Origin: Vitrella brassicaformis CCMP3155
Lineage: Eukaryota > Protista > Chromerida
Assembly (NCBI GenBank): GCA_001179505.1
Contig: CDMY01000300.1
Location: forward strand, 62,001 to 126,000
Direction of reading: 5' to 3'
DNA: 64,000 nt
In this document: positions 56,647 to 64,000 of the stretch, piece by piece
Position numbering within the stretch: the stretch's first letter is position 1
Layout: each line of letters begins with the position of its first letter
Program-made: the position numbers and the translations under genes
Notes under the pieces: generated by a model
The model's database searches: none
Told to the model about the DNA's origin: nothing
Seen by the model: the letters and a program-made list of their open reading frames with translations, nothing else

Positions 56647-59612
56647 TCAGCAGCCACTGACCGTCGCGGCAACCTTGAGGTTCACCTCGGCGACGACTTG
56701 GTTGCACTTGGGACACAGTCGACGGTCCGACGCGCCAGACCAGCCTGCCCTCAGCTCCTGCACCACACACACGACAAGACAGGCAAGGTGGACGGTGGAT
56801 GGATGGATGGATGGAGGGCATGGCATACGCACACGTGCAGTGCAGTGCATGCTCTCGTGCACTTGCCTTGAAGCATGGAGTGAAGCAGCAGGTGTGTTTG
56901 CAAGGCATCAAGGTCACCGTTGGGTGTGCGTGCAGGCAGATGCAGCACACAGTCGACCCACTAACATCACCATCCCCGCCACCGGCACCAATCCCACCGC
57001 CGCCCCCACTGCCCTGTGTCTGCCCCACAGGTTGCTTCTTGTCCTCCTGCTGCTTGTTGGCCGTGTCAAATAACTGCCAGGCGGTCTCCAGCTCCCGCAA
57101 GATGTCGCCGCCGACCTCGACGCCATCATGTGATGAGGCCCGGTGCGTCTTGTTCCGAGGCGACCCAGCCTTGGACGCATCATTGGCAGTGGGTGGGGGA
57201 GGCGGCGGGTGATTGGGCTTCGGGGGAAGGGTGATGTCGGGCTGCTCCTCCTCCTTCGGCAAAATAGTACCCTGTGTGGCAGGGATGATAGGTGTGGGGC
57301 TGATGGGCCCGGGGGAAGCCGATGGCGCCGCTGCCTGTCGCTGCTCCTGTCCCTGGTCCTGCGCAGGCGCCTCATGGTTCGTGGCCGTCCCAACGTGCCC
57401 CCGAAATGTGGCGATGTCCTGGCGTCCACCTCCCCCTCCACCACCAGCACCAGCAGCCTTTTTCTTCCGTCGCGATGTCATGGCCACCCACTCCCCTCCC
57501 TCACCATCGGCATCCTCCACATCCACCGACGCCTGGACCTCTTCAATGCGGGCGGGCGGTGAGAGCTCCCGCTCCTCCTTGTCCGGCGCATCCTGCTCCT
57601 CGGGTGGCATCTGGGCGGCGTCCTCTTCATCGTGCTCAGGCACAGATGTGGGCGGGGTGGGGGGCGGGGGCGCGAGGGGAAGAACGGGTGTGCCTCTAGT
57701 CCCCTTGGACGACTTCTTCTTGCCAGCCGCCTTCTTGTCTGTCTTCTTGGGCTTCTCTCTCTTATTGACTGGCTGCTGCTTGGGAGGGGGAAGGGTGGGC
57801 TGCGGCTCATCCTTTGCCCTGGCCGCATTGGCGTCTGCACTGCTGCTATCAGGATTCCCACAGTGACCCACTGCATTGAGCTCTGCCAGCAATTCCGCTC
57901 CTTGCAGAGGCCTCGACGCGTCGCGAATAGACATGCTCCCCACGCTATTACTCGATGAAGACGCGATGGCGGGCGCCCGTCGGCTCTTGCGAGCAGCACC
58001 AGAAGAAGAGGACTCAAGTTCCACATTGCCGCAAGACGCCATGGCCGAGGCCGCGAAGGCATGAGCCCTGTCCTTGTGTGGCACCATCGCTCTGTAGATG
58101 CGCAGGAACGACTGCCTGAGCCCTGCCATGTGACCTCTCTTTGGGCACAGCACCGCACACCGACTTGAATCTGACGCCGGCAGGTAGAAGCGAAGGCAGA
58201 AAGCCCCCAAGCCCAGGCAAACACAAGTGACGGAAGGCCCCAGAAGCTGGAGGCCGTCCTCGACATGACTCCCCTGGATGCCGACCGTACTGAGAACAAG
58301 GTCCACAGCAGCGGCGAGCAACAGGAGGATGGGATCCACAAGGCTGAAAACAAAGTTGGCGCATTGGATGACCAGCAAGAGCGGTGACAGGGCCAGCCAC
58401 GCCATGCTGCTGAGGAAGGTGAAGACGTGCGTGGCGCAGAAGACCCACAGTAGCGACGGAACCGCCCAAACAAGTGATAGGACAAAAGCCACTGCAGTGC
58501 GGCACTCATAATAGCCGAGGACGTGCTGACTGTTGCTCAACACAAAAAGGAAGGCCCAAAAGCGCATCTTGACCAGCCAGCCCGTGTGCCACGAGAAAAG
58601 CAGTGCAGGGTGCCTGCTCAAGTACACCGTCGCAACGTCGCTGATGAGCCGATATGCTGCATGGATCAACTGCAGTCAGGCAGGCGACACACAACACAAG
58701 CCACATATCACATGGAAAGCAGAGTGAGTGGAGTGGATGGATCCACAGCAAGGTGTGTGAACCGTCTTTTATCGTCCCTTTCCCCAGCCAGCCTCCCTCT
58801 TGTCCTTGCTGTCCTTCCCCCTCACCCACCAGTCTGTGGCGGTTGACCCATCCGTGCACCCAGGAGAGGACGGCTGCCATCGCTTGGTCGATGCTGCACA
58901 TCATCGTGTCGTCGCCTTGTTGCCGCTTGTCCAGCAGGATCTCCTCGATGTGATCCTCCTTCTCGCTGTACTTGCGGCGACAAGACGTGCAGCAGCACAA
59001 CTCGCTTGACAAATCGCTCCATGGAAAGGCGGGATAGTTCCTGCACATTCAGCAGCCAGCCGGATCCATATCAGTGGCGCGCGGCGTGCGATACGCTGGT
59101 CTGTATGAAGGAGCTTACCCGAAAAACCACACCTGTCTGAGCCACGCACAAAACACCACCTCGCATAGGAAGCTAACACAGACACAGACACAGAGAGCAG
59201 GCGTGTGTGAGGAGCACTGCTGTGCACTGTGGTGTGGTCTTCTCACGTGATGGTTTGTAGGATAAAGGCAGTCCAGCCGTCTGACATGCCATTGTCCTCC
59301 GGTTCGTGGCCACAGGGGACCAGGTGGCACACGATGATGTCCACAACAAATCGGACACTACACATGGACACGACTACAGTACTTCCCTGAACAAAGACAG
59401 ACACACAGATTTCGTCCGCCGCCTTTCCGCCTTCTGCTGGGCTGAACCTCGCTGCACTTGACATCGCGGAGCTCACCGGTGATGATCTGATGAGAGGCTG
59501 TCAAAACCGCGGTACAGCGGAGGCGTCGCTCTGCGCGCTCAGTGGTGGCGTGAAACGGATCATGTGACACTGCGGTTTGGCGCAGCACACGGCTCCCGCG
59601 CGAGTCAGGCAC
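56647..59612 (-). CDS. Multi-pass membrane protein with a C-terminal C3HC4 RING finger (putative membrane E3 ligase); start uncertain
   Basis: 687-aa ORF 56606-58669 with hydrophobic segments, a long low-complexity linker and CCICLHAHPTVTLMPCKHTCCFTPCFK|ELRAG...LCPKCNQ. Confidence 0.75.
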
Positions 59613-59720
59613 ACTCTAAATGGCAGTCCATGGTTTTTCTAGACAAACCCATTCGACTTTGCAATACAAGGGATGCATTCGACTTTGCAATGACACGTCG
59701 AAAACACGTCAACGAAAATT

Positions 59721-61160
59721 CTACACGCGCTTTCTCTCACTCAGAGCTCTCGCAATCAGCCTGGCTTTCCGTCGTGTTGCAGGGAAATAGCCTCGATAGC
59801 TAGTCTCATAGCCGAGTCGAAATACCCCCTTGGCCTCTGTCATGTCGGATGTGACGAGAGACTCCAGGCCAGCAGTGAACCCCGTGCAGAAAACCACCAC
59901 CTCAAACGAATACGTCGTCTCATTGTCGAAGCACACTCCATCAGAGGTGAAGCGCGACAACTCCCTGTGAGGCAGCACGCCAATGTCGCGCCGGTAAATG
60001 GCCCGCATTATTCCTCGATCCAATACGGGAATGCGGCCTGCACATGAATGAATGACACACACGAACAACCACACTGCGTGAAGTGGCACATCAACGTAGG
60101 CACGTGAAGGTGCATTGATGTGCTATCGCCTTGCCTGACAGCATTGCCGTGTATGGCCCTTCTGGCGCCTTGGCTAGTCCATATCGACTCATCCTGCCGA
60201 AGAACAGGAATGTGATCATGTTGCCAAGTGCATCGGATACGCAAGCTGCATAGAGAAAGCAGATCACCAATCAGTTGTGTGCACAGCGCATACCTACGTG
60301 ATTCCTGTCCGCGTACTTGGAACGAAATCAGCAATCACCGACAGCAGGCTTGCGGGGAGACCAAATGGCTTGCGGGGCACAACAACAACAGGAGACCGCA
60401 CAAACATCGACACGTCGGCCCCATTCTTGCAGCACTCGAGTGCAACGTCCATGGCAGAGTTGCCTGAGGACACACACACATACACACGCACACACATGCC
60501 TCAAGCTTCGGCCAGATGATTGGACGGTGTCTTGCGCCATCCAGCTGACCAAAGCCAATAACTAAAACCTTCCTGAACACAGCAGCACGAAAAGAACCAC
60601 TCACTCATTTGACACACACGACTCATCTTCTCTTGCCGCTCTCCCACTCACCTGTGCGCGAAGCTCCGTCCAGTTGTGAAGTCGCTGCTGTGCAGGATGC
60701 TTCCAGTGAACGCTTCTTGGCCAGGGAACGTCGGTGTGTTCGGCACTCTGTCTGGTCCCGCTGCTAGAACGACGTGCCTCACGTGATAGGTGGTCGACGA
60801 TGTGTGGACGCACCAGACAGATAAGGGCGATGGCGTGATCGACAAGACAGTCTCATTGAAGCGCATCTGGGGCCTGAGTCCCATGATCTCGGCGTATGAC
60901 TCATAGTAATTCACAACCGCATCGCGTGATGGAAACACTTCTTCGCAGCATGGGAAGCCCAGGAAGGGCAACGAAGAGGTCCACTTGTCTGTGTTCAGGC
61001 GCAGGCACTCGTATCTCTCCTTCCAGCTGCTCCCGATCCGGTCAGAGCGTTCAATAAGGACGAACGAAAGGCCTCTCTTGGACAGATGGGCTGCTATCGC
61101 CAGTCCACTAAAGCCTGCCCCAACAATCACCGTGTCATATGCGGCATGGGCGGCGTCCAT
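59721..61160 (-). CDS. Flavin-containing monooxygenase (class B, YUCCA/CzcO-like)
   Basis: VIVGAGFSGL, WKERYECLRLNT, FTGSILHSSDF (FMO motif), KVLVIGFG|NSAMDVA, GRIPVLDRG, VVFCTGF. Confidence 0.9.
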
Positions 61161-61282
61161 TCGAGCGCAGATCCGCGTCGCACGCGTTCGTTTCACCCCG
61201 ATGCTCTAGCCCCAAAGTTTCCCCGGTCTATCTGCTGACTATCTGTTAGCTATCTTGCGTCGTAGAGTCCCAGTACCTCGGC

Positions 61283-62529
61283 ATGTTTGGCTTTTCGCAG
61301 TCTTCCGGCGCTGCGGCTGCCGCCCGCGCTGATGTCGGCCGTCCTGCTCACCTGGTGCCGTGGATAGAGAAGGTGAGCACAGGAGAAGACCATCTCCTTA
61401 TGCCCGCCTGGTTCATGCCATGGTGTATTTATCTTCTCTTTGTGTTGTTTCCTTCCAGTACCGTCCGAAGACGATGGATGACGTAGCGCACCAGGAGGAG
61501 GTGGTTCGTGCGCTCAAGTCGGCCATCCACAGCGCCAACATGCCGCATCTGCTCTTCTACGGTCCGCCGGGGACGGGCAAGACGAGCAGCATCCACGCCA
61601 TCGCCCACCAGCTGTACGGGCCCATCTACAAGTCGCGGGTCCTGGAGCTCAATGCGTCGGACGAGCGGGGCATCGGGATGATCCGTGAGCGCGTCAAGAA
61701 GTTCGCCCAGGTGCAGGTGCGGTACCACCCCACCGAGGCCAAGGAGTACCCCTGCCCGCCCTACAAGATCATCATCCTCGACGAGGCCGACCAGCTCACC
61801 AGCGAGGCCCAGGCCGCCCTCCGCCGCACCATGGAGAACTACACAAGGGTGACGCGCTTCTGCCTCATCTGCAACTACATCAGCCGCATCATCGAGCCGC
61901 TCGGCAGCCGGTGCGCCAAGTTCCGGTTCCAGCCCATTGGCGACGACAGCCACCGCAAGCGCCTCGAGCACATCGCCGCCGCCGAGGGCGTCAAGATCGG
62001 TGAGGCCGGCATGACCACCCTGCTGCTGCTGGCCGAGGGCGACCTGCGTCGGTCCATCACCCTCATGCAGTCGGCCTACAACCTGCACGGCCCGGATCAC
62101 CACATCGCCCCGTCCGACCTCCTCGAGGTGGCGGGGTGCGTCAAGCCGGCCGTCATCACGGCCTTCCTGCACACCTGCAAGACGGCCAGCAGCTTCGACG
62201 ACGTCCAGAAGGTCATCGAGCAGGACCTGGTGGCCGGCGGATACACATGCTCCCAGATCATCCCACAGATCACCGCACGCCTCGTGGGCAAGAAGGTGTC
62301 CGAGGGCAACGACATGACCGACGACCAGGACCAGGGCAGCGGCGGCGGCATGCAGCTGAGCACCGAGCTGACAGACCTGCAGAAGGCCAAGATCGCCACC
62401 AGGTGCGGCGAAGTCGACTCACAACTCATGGACGGGGCCGACGAGTACCTGCAGCTGCTGAAGCTGGGCGCCGACCTCATGAACATCCTCAAGCAGGGCG
62501 GCAACAACACTCGCCCACACCACAACTGA
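61283..62529 (+). CDS. RFC4: Replication factor C small subunit (human RFC4 / yeast Rfc2 type); single intron 61373-61458
   Basis: PWIEK|YRPKTMDDVAHQEEVV, PHLLFYGPPGTGKTS, LELNASDERGI, PCPPYKIIILDEAD, ALRRTME, CNYISRIIEPLGSRC, GDLRRSITLMQ, GADEYLQLL. Confidence 0.96.
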
Positions 62530-63600
62530 CGAAGGGCAGACAGGCAGGGAGGGAGGGAGGGAGGGAGGGAGGCGTGGCTAGCTGTCATGCATGTAGCGAA
62601 CGACCGGACCGATAGGACAGATGGCCGGATGGATGGATGACGGGGTGGAATCGGTGTGTGTACAGAGAGTGATATCTAGCGTCTGATGTAGCCCTGATGT
62701 AGTGTAGCAGCGGTGGACAGACAGACAGCCGCGGGGGATGGATGGCTAGACAATGGATGCTTAGTGCGGGTGCCAGTGGAGTGGATGGAGAGAGAGAGAG
62801 ATAGCTCATCGTATATGCGATGGGTTTTGCATGATGGAGTTCAATCATACAGGTCTGTCTCCAATTGCCATGTCCTCATCATGCAATCGGCAAAATATCA
62901 TTGGTCTTCCGTCGTCAGCTAACACCGACGGGCCGCGCAGCGCAAAGGGGAAAAACGAGCGCGGCACACTCAGCCAGGCAGCTGTGTCTGATGAATTGAA
63001 TTACCCGTCCGTCGGCCATGCCATGCAAGCATTAAGGCAGCAGCACCCAGGCACACCATAATGGAAGGAAGGAAGACTATGATACACAAGACGCATCACG
63101 TAAGTGGCGGGCAGCGTCCATGCAGTCGGTGGCCGCATCGCCCCTGCTGTGTCTTGACACGGCAATGAATGCATATGCACACACATGAGACATGAACACC
63201 GGACCGGGCCCCTCTATGTCAGCCTCAGCTACCCACCCATCCATCCATCCATGGTGTGGTCCCTTGATAAAACGCAGACCCATACCACATAAGGTGATCG
63301 TGCATGATGCACCACGTACATAAATAGCCATGGTGCGATTATGAATCCATCCATCGGTCAATCCATCCATCCATCCATCAGTCAGCCACGAGTGAGCCCA
63401 TCGTCATTCTTTGACGATGCGGTTTCCATGCAGCGCACAGGAGAGACACAATGCAGTGCGATGGATAGATAGAAACATCGGCAGGGAGTTCCTTCATTCA
63501 CACGTCGCACAAAGCAGCGAGGAGACAGCTCATCGCACAAAGCACTTCATCGCCAAAACTTTACATATCCCCCCGCCCCTCCTCCCCTCGCGCCATTCGA

Positions 63601-64000
63601 TCAGCTCGTCAGGTGGGCCTCTGGCGGCGGCTGTGTGCCGTTGATAGCGCGCAGCTTGTGGATGTAGCGCATCGCCGATTCCATGAAGTAGTCCATAGTC
63701 TCGGCATTGGTCGACACTTTGTTCTTGCTGGCGAAGTAGGTGAAGAAGAAGAATTCAAAGAATGCGAGCAGCACCAGCAGCACGAGGTTGTCCCGCAGGA
63801 TGCTCCGCCAGTTGATGTCGGCGAGTTTGGTGGTGGAGGGCGAGATGAGGGGCACCAGCAGCACCCAGGCCACGCCCGTCATGATGACACCCACATTGAA
63901 CCAGATGGCGTCGAAGACCAGCTTGGCGTTGGCGTGTCGACGCCGCGTCCGCTCCTCCAGCGCCTTGAGCCGCTTCTCCTCCAGATACTTGTCGACGTAC
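63601..64000 (-). CDS. Two-TM membrane protein, 5' truncated by window edge; resembles a giant-virus-type family
   Basis: Uninterrupted frame YVDKYLEEKRLKALEE...ANAKLVFDAIWFNVGVIMTGVAWVLLV...INWRSILRDNLVLLVLLAFFEFFFFTYFASKNK...*; high GC3. Confidence 0.7.
   Translation of the reverse strand, partial: YVDKYLEEKRLKALEERTRRRHANAKLVFDAIWFNVGVIMTGVAWVLLVPLISPSTTKLADINWRSILRDNLVLLVLLAFFEFFFFTYFASKNKVSTNAETMDYFMESAMRYIHKLRAINGTQPPPEAHLTS

Noticed and set aside
42397-59612. Helicase-RBR, Nudix-RWD-ART and membrane RING as a functional ubiquitin/ADP-ribose gene cluster
   Set aside because: Interrupted by unrelated metabolic genes; eukaryotic neighbours are rarely co-functional and no synteny data are available
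61429-62172. 247-aa antisense ORF within RFC4 (and similar antisense ORFs in other GC-rich exons)
   Set aside because: Expected by-product of high GC3 coding sequence

Overview
Gene-dense, intron-rich eukaryotic DNA with about 21 spliced protein-coding loci and one 301-N assembly gap (42096-42396). The intron density, microsatellite-filled introns and gene content (RAP/HPR-like protein, CFAP100, choline kinase, nuclear-encoded mitochondrial ATP synthase alpha) suggest a chromerid alveolate such as Vitrella; this is inference, not verified. Housekeeping genes are an organellar PheRS, RPL24, ATP synthase alpha, threonine aldolase, choline/ethanolamine kinase, RFC4 and an amino-acid transporter. 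The most notable locus is a single spliced gene (53152-56076, +) fusing an intact YfcD-like Nudix hydrolase, an RWD domain and a PARP-like ADP-ribosyltransferase domain with an H-Y-E triad, a possible ADP-ribose writer and eraser in one protein. Other highlights: (1) introns with complementary repeats at opposite ends (AC-type 5', GT-type 3'); (2) a DEAH helicase-RBR E3 ligase fusion; (3) six compact head-to-head gene pairs and a recurring GCGAGCT(T/A/C)AG-like upstream motif; (4) a pseudokinase with an in-frame 66-bp duplication across a splice donor; (5) a YUCCA-like flavin monooxygenase; (6) an intronless membrane-protein ORF resembling giant-virus genes. Exon boundaries were read by eye and some gene ends are approximate. 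No tRNA, rRNA, CRISPR array or transposon could be supported.
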